From: a virus
Taxonomy: Duplodnaviria > Caudoviricetes
Virus record (IMG/VR): IMGVR_UViG_3300046514_000672
Span: 1,654 to 65,653 of that record
Length of the DNA: 64,000 bases
Direction: 5' to 3' (one strand)
Position numbers and translations under genes: made by a program. Of this stretch, positions 9,419-19,460 are shown piece after piece (position 1 is the first letter of the stretch; every line of letters begins with the position of its first letter). The notes under the pieces were generated by a model that was not told the DNA's origin, made no database searches, and worked only from the letters and a program-made list of their open reading frames with translations.

Positions 9419-11614
9419 ATGTATAATTCATACACTGTACCATCGAGGTTGTTGAAGGAAGATATCCGCCTGGGATGGCTACAGGATGCGGTTCGGGAAG
9501 GGGAGACATTCCTCAGGAACCAAACTGCATATATGGACTTTCCCAACGTCAAGAATATCGTGGCCGGTATGCAGAGGGGGAAGATCCCCCAGCAGCTTTC
9601 CAAAATCAATGTGAATCTTCAGAAGAGAATTATCAGGGACGTGGTCTCTACCATGTCCAATCTCCGCCCGCTCTGGGGATATGCCTCTGACAATGAGGAA
9701 CTGGCTCAGGAATCGGAGATGTTGAACAAGCTCCTGATCAATTGGTATCAGTCAACGTTCTCGGATATTGAGATAAAGAAGTGTCTACAGTATGCTGGTG
9801 TGTTCGGCACTGGATATATCGGGCCGGATTGGAAGAGTAATTACTGGGTGCGGGGACGTGGTGAGATCGTTCTTAAGGTGTATTCTCCTGAGGATGTACT
9901 CCCAGTGCAGTTACCGGCTGATAACGATCTCCAACGTGCATACGGTGTGAGTCTCCGCGAAGCCGTCCCCATCAACCTCGCCCGCGCCATGTTCCCGACA
10001 ATGGCAGGGAAGATCATCCCAGATCGGCAATCTCCCTCTGGCCTGCGTCGTGGACTCACCCGGCTAAAATCCTATCTCTCCCCGGTACTCAACCGATTCG
10101 CAGCCGATCAGAGACCAAACAGGACCGCTGATACCTCCTTCCCGGTAGTGGATATCTACCAAACATATCTCCTAGATCTCTCGGTTAACGAAGGTCCTGA
10201 CGAATTGGTGATGGGTGAACCAGGAACCTCCTGGTCATATGTAGTCCCCGTGTTAGGATCTAACATCCCTGATGGGACTAATCCTGATGGGACGCCTCGG
10301 TTTAGGAAAGCCAGCCCTGAGGATGCGATGATCTACCCATTTCGTCGCCTCATCACATGGTGCAACTCCGGCATCCTCCGCGATGACACTTCATATTGGT
10401 GGCATGGGATGGTGCCGATAGTGAAGATGTCCTTTGACGAATGGGCATGGGAGTTCCTAGGATACTCGATGACGAGAGACCTGGACTCCATCGAGCAGTC
10501 CACTAACACCATCCGCAGAGCTATTGATGACTCTGCAAATGCTCGTCTCCGCCCGCCGATGATGTTTGATGACAGAACCCTCAGCAAGTCCCTGGTTGAG
10601 TCCGTTGACACTCGCGTCCCAGGTCAAGCGGTAGGCGTGGACTTCACCGTTGGTGACCGTCCTATGCGGCCCATTCTGGAACCGCAGTATTACGATGTTC
10701 CGTCATGGATTTTGGAGGTGGTGAAGGGAAATGATGAAAGCCAAAAATATCTATCAGGCGTGCAGGATTTCTCGGCCCTGGCGAAGGCGCAGCAGATACC
10801 AAGTTCAGATACGGTAGAAAAGATCATGGAAATGGCGGGGCCGATTGTTACGTCTATCTCCAGGAATATGGAAGCGGCACTAGGACAATTAGGAGAAATG
10901 ATCAAATGCATGTTCTTCCAGTTCTACACGGCTAAACGTCGTATCCAGATTCTTGGTAAGGACGGCATCACCCCTCTCGACACCTCTTATTTCACTCCTG
11001 ACAAACTTACCCCCTCACACATGCCCGGTGAGGCCAAGGACCGTTCCTCAGCCTTCACCGACGTTGCCCGCGCCCGCATGGCAATGGGGAGCATATATTT
11101 CAAGATCACTCCTAATTCTCTCCATCAGATTACACAAATGACAAGAAAGCTCCTCTATATCCAACTCCAAAAGGCCGGTATTCCCATCGATCCCTGGACG
11201 ATGGCGGAGATCAACGATATTCCCAATTTCGGTCAGCCCCCAGACGGTACCACTACCGTGTTCCAACGGTGGGTGGCGTTTGAGAAGATTAAAGGGGAAT
11301 TATCGGCAAGTATCCAGGCCAATGCTCAGTTGATTATGCAACAGGAGCAGCTACGCTTCGCAGCTATGGTGCAGTTAGCACAGCAAGAACAAGGTCCGCA
11401 GCCTGGACAGGGCGGTCCCGGTGGTCCGGGCGGTCAGCCCCCTCCCGGCGCTGGCGGGGCTCCGGGCTCTCCATCTGGCGCTCCTCTCCCTCAGTCCTCC
11501 CCTTCGCCTGCGCTAGGTCAGAACGCCCCCGGTCGCCCGCCTGAGTTCAACGGCGGCTCTCCTCAGATCGTACAGAAGGACGGCGGAACGAGAAGTACCA
11601 TCACCTCAAAATAG
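9419..11614 (+). CDS. Portal protein
   Basis: 731 aa after TerL; FGTGY motif, helical core, Gln/Pro/Gly-rich tail typical of P22-like portals. Confidence 0.8.
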   Translation: MYNSYTVPSRLLKEDIRLGWLQDAVREGETFLRNQTAYMDFPNVKNIVAGMQRGKIPQQLSKINVNLQKRIIRDVVSTMSNLRPLWGYASDNEELAQESEMLNKLLINWYQSTFSDIEIKKCLQYAGVFGTGYIGPDWKSNYWVRGRGEIVLKVYSPEDVLPVQLPADNDLQRAYGVSLREAVPINLARAMFPTMAGKIIPDRQSPSGLRRGLTRLKSYLSPVLNRFAADQRPNRTADTSFPVVDIYQTYLLDLSVNEGPDELVMGEPGTSWSYVVPVLGSNIPDGTNPDGTPRFRKASPEDAMIYPFRRLITWCNSGILRDDTSYWWHGMVPIVKMSFDEWAWEFLGYSMTRDLDSIEQSTNTIRRAIDDSANARLRPPMMFDDRTLSKSLVESVDTRVPGQAVGVDFTVGDRPMRPILEPQYYDVPSWILEVVKGNDESQKYLSGVQDFSALAKAQQIPSSDTVEKIMEMAGPIVTSISRNMEAALGQLGEMIKCMFFQFYTAKRRIQILGKDGITPLDTSYFTPDKLTPSHMPGEAKDRSSAFTDVARARMAMGSIYFKITPNSLHQITQMTRKLLYIQLQKAGIPIDPWTMAEINDIPNFGQPPDGTTTVFQRWVAFEKIKGELSASIQANAQLIMQQEQLRFAAMVQLAQQEQGPQPGQGGPGGPGGQPPPGAGGAPGSPSGAPLPQSSPSPALGQNAPGRPPEFNGGSPQIVQKDGGTRSTITSK

Positions 11615-11908
11615 ATCTATGGATGGTTTACTTGATTAAACGCGGAATACGAAAGGTTCCCTACTGCCTGAGGAAGTATCAGGACATCCATACTTTGCTA
11701 TACTACAAGTGACAGCTCTCCTCGCTGTTTCCTCCTCCTTGGCCCAACGCCCAGCAATCCCCACCGGGACCTGGGCGTTGGTGTTTTCTCCTAAAGTGTC
11801 AAGTTTATCGTACGGAAAACTTGACATCTATAGCCTGTAACCTATCTAGTTTATAGTGTCTTATAGGTCCTAGGCTATTGTGATATTATGAAGTTGTCGA
11901 GGTGAATT

Positions 11909-12088
11909 ATGCCAAGTGTATCAAAATCACAACAGGCCGCTATGGCAATTGCGGAGCATGAACCTGAGAAACTCAATCCCTCCAATAAAGGATTACTCAA
12001 AATGTCAAAGAAATCCCTCCATGATTTCGCCTCGACGCCCACGAAAGGGCTACCGTCCAAGGTAGGTTCGAAAGGAAAAAATGCCTAA
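11909..12088 (+). CDS. DUF3008-like small basic protein (59 aa)
   Basis: MPSVSKSQQAAMAIA ... MSKKSLHDFAST-x-x-KGLP; GAGG RBS. Not in the ORF track. Confidence 0.7.
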   Translation: MPSVSKSQQAAMAIAEHEPEKLNPSNKGLLKMSKKSLHDFASTPTKGLPSKVGSKGKNA

Positions 12089-12335
12089 CCAATTAACTGA
12101 TTTCTTATTTGGTAAAGGGGCGTTGGATAAGGCAGCAGGAGACGCGCAACAAAAAGCACGATCTGCCGGTCAGGTTCCTGCTACTCCTGCTTATTCTACT
12201 TCAGATATGGCGCAAATGGCAGAGGACTCCGCCCAACGGGCACGTTCCGCTGGCCAAACTCCCGCAGGCAGTAAAGCTCCCTATAAATCTCCCCTCTCAA
12301 CCCCAATGACTCCTGTTTCTCAGAAAGGAAAATAA
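12081..12335 (+). CDS. Small protein with an internal ARSAGQxPA duplication
   Basis: AQQKARSAGQVPA / AQRARSAGQTPA. Confidence 0.6.
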   Translation: MPNQLTDFLFGKGALDKAAGDAQQKARSAGQVPATPAYSTSDMAQMAEDSAQRARSAGQTPAGSKAPYKSPLSTPMTPVSQKGK

Positions 12336-12336
12336 C

Positions 12337-12459
12337 ATGGCTCTCTCCACTCCCTTCGTCGATGGCAAAATCAAAGGTATGTCCGGTGGCAAATCGGACG
12401 GTAAGAAATCTGACGGCAAGAAAGCTCCTAAAATGGGCGGAAAGATGAAGGGCAAGTAA
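12337..12459 (+). CDS. Lys/Gly-rich micro-protein (40 aa)
   Basis: MALSTPFVDGKIKGMSGGKSDGKKSDGKKAPKMGGKMKGK; AAGGA RBS. Confidence 0.6.
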   Translation: MALSTPFVDGKIKGMSGGKSDGKKSDGKKAPKMGGKMKGK

Positions 12460-12462
12460 CCA

Positions 12463-12807
12463 ATGGCCTCCTTCGCTCCTCCTCTCCCAGGCGGGCCGGG
12501 AGGTGGACCTACCCCTCCCTCTCCCCAACAGGCCCCACCTTCCCCCGGTGGTCCTCCTCCTGGACTCTCAGGTCTCGTGGGCGGTGTGCCTAACGCCACT
12601 CCCCTCGGCCCCACCCCTGATCAACAGGTGGAGGCGTATATGGAACAGGTGAGAAATCTCCATATGGCAATTGACGCCCTCGCCACCCAGCATCCTGAGG
12701 CGGCTAATGATCTAAATGACGCGAAAAATGCCCTCACAGCGAGTATGAGTAAGGTGGCGGTGAGTTCGGCATCCCCTGAGAGTGCTCCGCAACCGCAAAC
12801 GTTTTAG
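12463..12807 (+). CDS. Pro/Gly-rich protein with a helical C-terminus
   Basis: ORF track; lies in the head-gene region. Confidence 0.65.
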   Translation: MASFAPPLPGGPGGGPTPPSPQQAPPSPGGPPPGLSGLVGGVPNATPLGPTPDQQVEAYMEQVRNLHMAIDALATQHPEAANDLNDAKNALTASMSKVAVSSASPESAPQPQTF

Positions 12808-12814
12808 AGGAATT

Positions 12815-13042
12815 ATGCCAGATAATCAACAGGATTTAGATCGTGCCACTAAGACAATGGTAGACGCATCTGTGGCAGAAAAGAATGAGCGTAATACCGC
12901 TGCTGGTATGAATTCTGGTGATAGAACTAGTGCTAGAGCGGATATGTATGGCCGTACAATGCAACAAGCCGCGCAAGATCGGCAGCAGATTCAAAAGAAA
13001 ATGGGAGCTTTGTCTACCACAATGACTCCTGTTAAGAAGTAG
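12815..13042 (+). CDS. Small hypothetical protein
   Basis: GAGGA RBS; ends STTMTPVKK, resembling the end of the 12081 protein. Confidence 0.6.
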   Translation: MPDNQQDLDRATKTMVDASVAEKNERNTAAGMNSGDRTSARADMYGRTMQQAAQDRQQIQKKMGALSTTMTPVKK

Positions 13043-13049
13043 AGGAATT

Positions 13050-13253
13050 ATGGCAAAATTAACCATGTCAGAAAGGAAGGCACTCCCCAAGAGTGATTTC
13101 GCAGTACCTAGCAAAGCTCCAGGGCCGGGAAGCTACCCAATAAATGACAAAGCTCACGCCCGCAACGCCCTCTCCCGTGCGTCTCAGTTCGGGAGCAAAG
13201 CAGTTAAAGCAATTGTAAAGTCCAAGGCAGATAGGAAGTTAGGTTCTAAATAA
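13050..13253 (+). CDS. Small basic head-region protein (DUF6582-like)
   Basis: LT-x-x-ERKALP-x-SDFA-x-P ... YPI-x-DK-x-HARNAL-x-R. Confidence 0.65.
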   Translation: MAKLTMSERKALPKSDFAVPSKAPGPGSYPINDKAHARNALSRASQFGSKAVKAIVKSKADRKLGSK

Positions 13254-13270
13254 GGAGAAAAGGAAACAGT

Positions 13271-14191
13271 ATGGCACTTTCAGCAGAATCGCAACGTTGG
13301 TTGGAATCGCTTAAGACAGAGGGTGGATTGACAGATGAGGCATTTAATGCCATTAAATCTGCTATTAATGACAAAGCAGACAATTTCGTAAAAGGTTCAG
13401 TCCTCCGGCAGGATGACTATTCCCGACAGATGGCGGCGTTTAAGGAGACCCAGACAGCGGTTGAGAAAGCCGCTGCGGATCTCAAGGTCAAGGAAGCTGC
13501 GGTTACCAAGTTCCAGACCGATCTGGGAACCTGGAAAGAAGGCGCTGAAGCGAATTATAAGAAGGCCCTGGCTGAACGCGAAGCCTCTGAGCGCCGTGTG
13601 GCGGCGGTTACTGGCCGGTTCCGTACTACCGCTGAATCTATGGGCCTGGACGCGAATGAACTGTTAAAGGACTTAGACGTGACTCCTGTGGAAGATAAGA
13701 ATAAACCTAACCAGAATCAGCAACAGTTCGATGCGACTGGATATGTCAAGAAGGAAGACCTGGGACGTGCAGTTGCCGAATCTGGCATCATCGACGCTTC
13801 TATCCATGACCTGGACATCGAGCATCAGGCTCTAACAGGTCAGCGTCTCCCCGGTGCGCGGGCACTTGTCGAGGAGGCAATTAAGGCGAATAAACCTCTC
13901 ACTCAGTACGTCGCTGAGAAATACAACTACGCCGATCTCCGCAAAAAGGCCGACGACGCTGCTATCGCCAAGCGGATTGAAGAGGGTGTTCAGGCAGAAC
14001 TCACTAAGCGATATTCAGAGAATATGCTACCGGGGAATGTTCGTCCCGGTGTCAGAGATGACCTTAAGGGCTCTCCCATTTTCCAGGTGGAGGGTGGACT
14101 TAAACCTCCCGGTAATGAAGGCGGAGGTGGGGTGAGTGCTGCGATGGCGGCGTTCTCTGCCGGGAAATATAAGGGCGGACACCAAAATTAA
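13271..14191 (+). CDS. Capsid scaffolding protein
   Basis: Charged, helical/coiled-coil protein immediately upstream of the major capsid gene. Confidence 0.65.
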   Translation: MALSAESQRWLESLKTEGGLTDEAFNAIKSAINDKADNFVKGSVLRQDDYSRQMAAFKETQTAVEKAAADLKVKEAAVTKFQTDLGTWKEGAEANYKKALAEREASERRVAAVTGRFRTTAESMGLDANELLKDLDVTPVEDKNKPNQNQQQFDATGYVKKEDLGRAVAESGIIDASIHDLDIEHQALTGQRLPGARALVEEAIKANKPLTQYVAEKYNYADLRKKADDAAIAKRIEEGVQAELTKRYSENMLPGNVRPGVRDDLKGSPIFQVEGGLKPPGNEGGGGVSAAMAAFSAGKYKGGHQN

Positions 14192-14235
14192 TATTTAGAA
14201 AAAGTGGTATAGTTTTTCTAAATTGCCCAGGGGAT

Positions 14236-14266
14236 TTGACATCTCTCCTGGGCATTGTGTTATATT
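14236..14266 (+). promoter_or_regulatory. Sigma70-type promoter for the capsid operon
   Basis: TTGACA at 14236 and extended -10 TGnTATATT at 14258-14266. The 19-bp spacer is non-optimal; the -35 lies inside an inverted repeat. Confidence 0.5.
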
Positions 14267-14485
14267 GAAATCGTGAAGTAGAACTGAAATGGGTAGTGGG
14301 AGAGGATTTGGTAGAAAGTCCTCGTGGCAAGTAGTCATTTCCTTTCCCTAGCTCCCAACCCAGGAACCTACCTCAATCATTTCGGAGATTCACCTAGGAT
14401 CTCTGCTTCGAAACCTAAGCCGCTCCTCAGCGCCTAGGAAGAAACGGATCAGGTCGAACCATCCATTTCCCATTTAGGAGATATT

Positions 14486-15616
14486 ATGGCTGATCCCATT
14501 CTTGACGAAATCAATTTAACTACGCTGGCGGAAATCTATCCGCACACAATCGAGGACAACTTCTTCCTCGACACGCCGTTTCTGGCGTATATGCGTGCCC
14601 ATGCCCTGACGGATTTCACCGGTGGCGCTAACACGCGATTTACCTTCCTCTATAACCCGATGATCGGTGGGGCTTATGCTCGTGGTGAGAATTTCAACAT
14701 CACCAAGCGTCAGACCCTGGCCGGTGCGGTGTTTGATCCGAAGCTCTACGAAGTGTCGATTCCTGAATATCTGGAAGATCTGGAAGTGTTGAACAAAGGC
14801 CCTCTGGCGGTGTTCTCGCTCATCGACACCGACATGGCCAATGCCATGCATACCATCTCTGCAATCGTCGCCATTGCTCTAGCCCGGCACGGTCAGGCTT
14901 CTGGCGGTGGTGTGGTTGACAACCGGCCCAAGGAAATCAACGGCTGGGCAGAGGCAATGAATGACGGTGTAACCAATTCCTGGGACGGTAACTATTTCAC
15001 CACCTACGGCACAGCAACCCGTAACGGTGTGATCAGTTCCGCGCTCAATTCCGTCCCTTACTGGAACGGTTCTCAGGCCGGTGCGGCTGCTCCCATCACC
15101 TATCAGACCCTTGAGGAAACGTACCAGACGGCCTCGATTGGCCGTGAGGAACCGAACCTAGGTGTGTCGAACAAGGCAGTGTATGCTTTTATCAAAGAGC
15201 GTATCCAGCCCCAGCAACGGTTCGCCCAGGAACGTGATCCTTATTTCGGCGTCTCCGGCATGAAGATGAACTCTGCCATGATCATGAAGGATGATTACTT
15301 CCCCAGCTTGAAGTACGGTAAGAACGACCCTGACCTGGGGAACTATCTGACCGCGAATTTCACCTCTCATTCCACGACTGGTGCGAATTCCAATATGCCG
15401 ACTGCGACTACCCTTCAGCCCAACGAAGTCTTCAATTGGTTCAATACCAAGAAATGGCTGCTGCGGATCAGCAATTCCGCCCTCTACGGTTTCGGCTTCA
15501 CGGGCTTCAAACCCGCGCAGGATAACACCCGCGTGGTTGGTCAGATCCTGGCCGCGCTGAACCTGGAGTGCGTTGCTCCTCGTCTCCAAATGCAGATCTT
15601 CGGGATTAACGCGTAA
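14486..15616 (+). CDS. Major capsid protein
   Basis: 376 aa after the scaffold; AGGAG RBS; strongly C-ending codons; I-x-DNFF-x-x-TP N-terminus resembles HK97-fold capsid proteins. Confidence 0.8.
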   Translation: MADPILDEINLTTLAEIYPHTIEDNFFLDTPFLAYMRAHALTDFTGGANTRFTFLYNPMIGGAYARGENFNITKRQTLAGAVFDPKLYEVSIPEYLEDLEVLNKGPLAVFSLIDTDMANAMHTISAIVAIALARHGQASGGGVVDNRPKEINGWAEAMNDGVTNSWDGNYFTTYGTATRNGVISSALNSVPYWNGSQAGAAAPITYQTLEETYQTASIGREEPNLGVSNKAVYAFIKERIQPQQRFAQERDPYFGVSGMKMNSAMIMKDDYFPSLKYGKNDPDLGNYLTANFTSHSTTGANSNMPTATTLQPNEVFNWFNTKKWLLRISNSALYGFGFTGFKPAQDNTRVVGQILAALNLECVAPRLQMQIFGINA

Positions 15617-15646
15617 CGAAGAAGAAAGGAAAAAGGACATAATAAT

Positions 15647-16267
15647 ATGGCTAACAATACTGGAATTCTTCGTTATTCGAATCGATTCTTCAACGGCGCA
15701 AATGCCACTGGTGACGCTACTCCTGGCGGTGTGGTGGCTGGGTATACCAACCAGCCTCCGCAATACGTAGGCCAGCTTGGCGCGGTGGAACAGCTCTCCG
15801 CGTCTGGTGCGGCTCGGGTTACCGATCCTGCCGCTGCTCAGACCCTCTACGGTGGTGAGTATCAGTATGTGAAATTTGCTGATGACTCCACGGCGTATGC
15901 TGTGGGCCAGATCCTCTACTGGAAGGACACGGAGAACTACATTGTCACCAATGTGCCTCCGACATCCCTCACAGTGGCTGGTGTGGCGCTGTCTATCGTC
16001 ACTGGCGGGAACTACTGGTTTATGCAGGTCTCTGGTAAGGCTTCGGTGAAATTCGCCGCAGGTCTGACCACGCCTGCAATCGGCCAGCCGGTTTTCTCCA
16101 ACGAGGCTACTCCTCCGCTGGCGGTTAACTCTGCTACCGACGCAACGGCTGTTCTCTCTGGTGGCGCGGTGGTTGGTCTCTCGCAGTATATCGGTGTGGC
16201 GTTTGTCGCGCCGGTGTCCTCGACGATCACTGCTGTGGTTCTCAAGGGTCTGCCTCGGGTCGCGTAA
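15647..16267 (+). CDS. Capsid cement/decoration protein
   Basis: Follows the MCP; YQYVKF ... G-x-Y-W-F-x-Q-x-x-G pattern. Confidence 0.55.
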   Translation: MANNTGILRYSNRFFNGANATGDATPGGVVAGYTNQPPQYVGQLGAVEQLSASGAARVTDPAAAQTLYGGEYQYVKFADDSTAYAVGQILYWKDTENYIVTNVPPTSLTVAGVALSIVTGGNYWFMQVSGKASVKFAAGLTTPAIGQPVFSNEATPPLAVNSATDATAVLSGGAVVGLSQYIGVAFVAPVSSTITAVVLKGLPRVA

Positions 16268-16284
16268 AGGAAAGGATATAACAA

Positions 16285-16830
16285 ATGTCTGTCACTCTCA
16301 CTCGTGTTCCTGATGGTGAGGATGTTTGGGGACGAACTAGGGTCACAATGTTCGATGTGGCCCTGGACACCTCTTATCCTCTCACAGGTGGATATGTAAT
16401 TAATGCTCAGGATGTTGGGCTGAAGGCTTTCAAAGGGGTGGATATTGTAGGGTCGAATAAGGCAGGTGGTGCAGTTCTGCCGATATTTGATCTCACGTCT
16501 CTAACCTCTCCCGGCCAACTCCCGACTTCCCTGGCGCTCCGTCTATTTCTCCCTTCTGGTGGGGCTACCGCTCCTGCCACGCTCACCGCTCCTGTTGGTG
16601 GCACTGCGGGTGCCATTACCGTTGCTGGGACCGCTACTGGAACTATTCCGGCTGGCGGAACCACGGTGACCTCTACCGCTGCTAATGGCGCGATTGTATC
16701 TGTTCCTGGCACGGGGCTCACCGCCTCTCAGGCCACTGGCGGAGCCGTTGTGGCCGGGATCGGTAAGGAAGTGGGTAATACCACGGACGTGTCTACCCTT
16801 ATCTATCGTGTACGGTTCCTTGGGTTCTAA
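16285..16830 (+). CDS. Virion structural protein (minor head/decoration)
   Basis: DTSYP-x-x-GG motif with a Thr/Ala/Gly-rich insert; position in the head module. Confidence 0.5.
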   Translation: MSVTLTRVPDGEDVWGRTRVTMFDVALDTSYPLTGGYVINAQDVGLKAFKGVDIVGSNKAGGAVLPIFDLTSLTSPGQLPTSLALRLFLPSGGATAPATLTAPVGGTAGAITVAGTATGTIPAGGTTVTSTAANGAIVSVPGTGLTASQATGGAVVAGIGKEVGNTTDVSTLIYRVRFLGF

Positions 16831-16832
16831 TA

Positions 16833-17858
16833 ATGCCGCAGCTAATTGAATTAGCATCTGAGATAACGGGAGAGGTTCCTGGCCTCTCCCATCAGTTCGC
16901 ACGAAAATATATCAACCAAGCTCTCGATTCCATCCAGAGGGATTATCTCTGGAGCTGGAACATCGGTGAGGGGATATTGATCACCCCTGGTGCGATTGGT
17001 ACTGGGACAGTTTCTGTCACCCTATATAGTAATCAAGTTACGTTTGATTCAGCGGCCCAGGCGACACTGCTCCCATTTGTCCTCTCTAACGACCCCAATC
17101 CATTAATCAAGAGACAATTCCGTCTCCCCAATGGGCCGATCTATAACATCCTCGGTTACGACCCCTCGACAGGAATTATGACCCTGGACCGGATCTACAC
17201 TGAGCCTACCGATCCCACGGCTATTTATGCCATATATCGTTGTTATTACGATCCGCCCAGTTCAGATGGGATCGTTCCTAACTATGATTTCCTGAGATAT
17301 CTTTCGATTCTAAATCCCATTCAGGGCTACACCATCTCCGGTCGCCGTCTCACCCAGACGCGGGAGATGTTGAACCGGCGTGATCCCTTGCGCGGTGCCC
17401 AGGGTTATCCCTATTACGCTTTCGCATACAAACCCACCGGTAACGGTGCACCTTCCAATGGCCCTACCAATGGCATCACACAATATGAACTCTGGCCGCA
17501 CCCCACCTTCCTCCAGGCATACCCGGCACAATACGTCCGTCAGCATATCGACCTTGGCCTCAACGATTACCTCCCTAACCAATGTCCTCCCAACCTCATC
17601 CGCTACAAGGCCAAGGAACTCGCATTCCGTTGGGCAATGCAGAATGCAGGACGCATCTCAGAACTCAAGGGAGTTGATTGGAGATTTGCACTATCTGAAG
17701 TGGAGAAGAAATACAATTTCGAACTCGTCGGTGCGAAACGTAATGATAAGGAAATCGTCCTCGACATTATCCACCCAGGCTCGACCGGCATCTACGACTT
17801 CCAGGGTCCTATCGATAGTAATTATGCCCAATCCCACGGGATATTAGGGTACGTATAG
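16833..17858 (+). CDS. Head-tail adaptor protein
   Basis: ARKYINQAL ... W-x-W N-terminus and LWP-x-P motif typical of podoviral adaptors. Confidence 0.6.
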   Translation: MPQLIELASEITGEVPGLSHQFARKYINQALDSIQRDYLWSWNIGEGILITPGAIGTGTVSVTLYSNQVTFDSAAQATLLPFVLSNDPNPLIKRQFRLPNGPIYNILGYDPSTGIMTLDRIYTEPTDPTAIYAIYRCYYDPPSSDGIVPNYDFLRYLSILNPIQGYTISGRRLTQTREMLNRRDPLRGAQGYPYYAFAYKPTGNGAPSNGPTNGITQYELWPHPTFLQAYPAQYVRQHIDLGLNDYLPNQCPPNLIRYKAKELAFRWAMQNAGRISELKGVDWRFALSEVEKKYNFELVGAKRNDKEIVLDIIHPGSTGIYDFQGPIDSNYAQSHGILGYV

Positions 17859-17886
17859 TTAGATATAATGTAATTAAAGGAGATCT

Positions 17887-18111
17887 ATGGCTGACAAATA
17901 CCTTAATGGCCCGTTCGAAGGGGATATGAAACCCTGCCCCTCACCCACTTCTATGAGTCAGAAGTTGTCACTTCCGAGTTACCTTCCGACTAAAGAGGAC
18001 ACATCTGTGTTGAAGACGGTTACTGAAGTGTCTCTGCCGCACAGTAACGCGAAACTCGAATCCCCCTTTGAGCAGGATTTCCGTCCCGGTGTCGATTCCA
18101 GCAAGAAATAA
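17887..18111 (+). CDS. Small hypothetical protein
   Basis: AAGGAG RBS; GPFE/SPFE motifs at both ends. Confidence 0.55.
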   Translation: MADKYLNGPFEGDMKPCPSPTSMSQKLSLPSYLPTKEDTSVLKTVTEVSLPHSNAKLESPFEQDFRPGVDSSKK

Positions 18112-18131
18112 AGGAAGGATTTCGGTGATTA

Positions 18132-19460
18132 ATGTATACCCAAACAACCCTGGGACAGCTCTCAACACAGTTATTCCTACGCCTGAGCGCCCAGGGTTTT
18201 TGGACGATGGACGAGATACAGGGGTATGTAGTGGAGGCGTTACGGACATGGCAGGCGTTCTCCCAGTCGTATACGATCAAGGCCACAATTCCTACTACTC
18301 CCAACGTTTTCTTCTACGACTTATTCAAATTGATCCCTTCCCTCACTCCGACAATCACAGATCGGAATTTAATCGTTGATATCCAACGGTCCCTCCAGGA
18401 ACCTGTCTCCCCCATCTCATGGATAGGATCTGAACAATTCACCTTCCAACAGGTGATTAATGCTATTCAGAGATCTAGGAATAAGTTCCTCCTGGAGACT
18501 GGTATGGTTAACACGGTTGTGGAGATCCCAGGCCCAACTCCCTCCTCTGGCACTCTCGAACTTTCCCATAACACCATCGATGTTAGACATGCTATGTGGA
18601 AGGATCGGGAGGGGAACTATTCCCTCCTCTGGGAAACCGATCCCTACTCCCTCACCGCAGGAAATACTAAATGGTACAACACTCCCCAGGCAGTTCCCAC
18701 GGACTATTCAGTGTTCGTGCAGCAGCCATTGGTGCTTCAGCTCGCTCCGCCCCCTAATGATGTGGGTAGGGTGAATCTCATCACGGTAGAGTCTCTACCT
18801 GACCTGGACCCTGCTAATGTCGCTACTGTCCTAGGCATCCCTGATGATTATTGCTGGATCATTAAGTTCGGTGCCCTCGCTGACCTCTTCTATCAGGACG
18901 GCCCTGGACAGGACGAAGGCCGCGCACAATACTGTCAGTCCCGATATGAGGATGGAATTAAACTATCCCGAACATCGAATTTCATTCGTTTCGGGTATCA
19001 GACAGGCGTGCCCAGTTTCATAGACTCTATTTCCGAACTCGACACCACCAACCCTACCTGGATGAGCAAACTTCCAGGGACTCCTGACAGCATCGGCCTC
19101 GCGGGTAATATCGCCCTCACCACTCCTATCCCAGATGACAAACCCCATTCCATGTCCTTCGACATCACGCCGAATTTCCCTATCGGCGGGCCGTTGAATT
19201 ACGTCCAGGTAGGCAGGGAAGTACTCGATGTGATCGTTGATTACGCGCAACACCTTGCATATGTCAAGGAGGGGAGCTTTGAGCTAAAACAATCCCAGGG
19301 CCTCTACAAAAACCTCGTCATGCTCGCCGCCACACAGAACGACCGATTCCGCGCTGAGTCCATTAACTTCGACGTTCTCTCCGACCGGTCAGAACGAGAG
19401 AAGAAGGAAAATCCCAGGAGACGTTCAGATACACAGTTAAAGGAGCTGGATTATGAATAA
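18132..19460 (+). CDS. Second adaptor/tail-tube-like protein (two similar halves)
   Basis: FW-x-x-DEI-x-x-Y N-terminus; L-x-PPP and P-x-PD motifs. Confidence 0.55.
   Translation: MYTQTTLGQLSTQLFLRLSAQGFWTMDEIQGYVVEALRTWQAFSQSYTIKATIPTTPNVFFYDLFKLIPSLTPTITDRNLIVDIQRSLQEPVSPISWIGSEQFTFQQVINAIQRSRNKFLLETGMVNTVVEIPGPTPSSGTLELSHNTIDVRHAMWKDREGNYSLLWETDPYSLTAGNTKWYNTPQAVPTDYSVFVQQPLVLQLAPPPNDVGRVNLITVESLPDLDPANVATVLGIPDDYCWIIKFGALADLFYQDGPGQDEGRAQYCQSRYEDGIKLSRTSNFIRFGYQTGVPSFIDSISELDTTNPTWMSKLPGTPDSIGLAGNIALTTPIPDDKPHSMSFDITPNFPIGGPLNYVQVGREVLDVIVDYAQHLAYVKEGSFELKQSQGLYKNLVMLAATQNDRFRAESINFDVLSDRSEREKKENPRRRSDTQLKELDYE

Noticed and set aside
11615-11908. Gene or ncRNA in the gap after the portal
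   Set aside because: Only short, unconvincing ORFs and a TTGACA (11821) without a well-spaced -10; no clear stem set.
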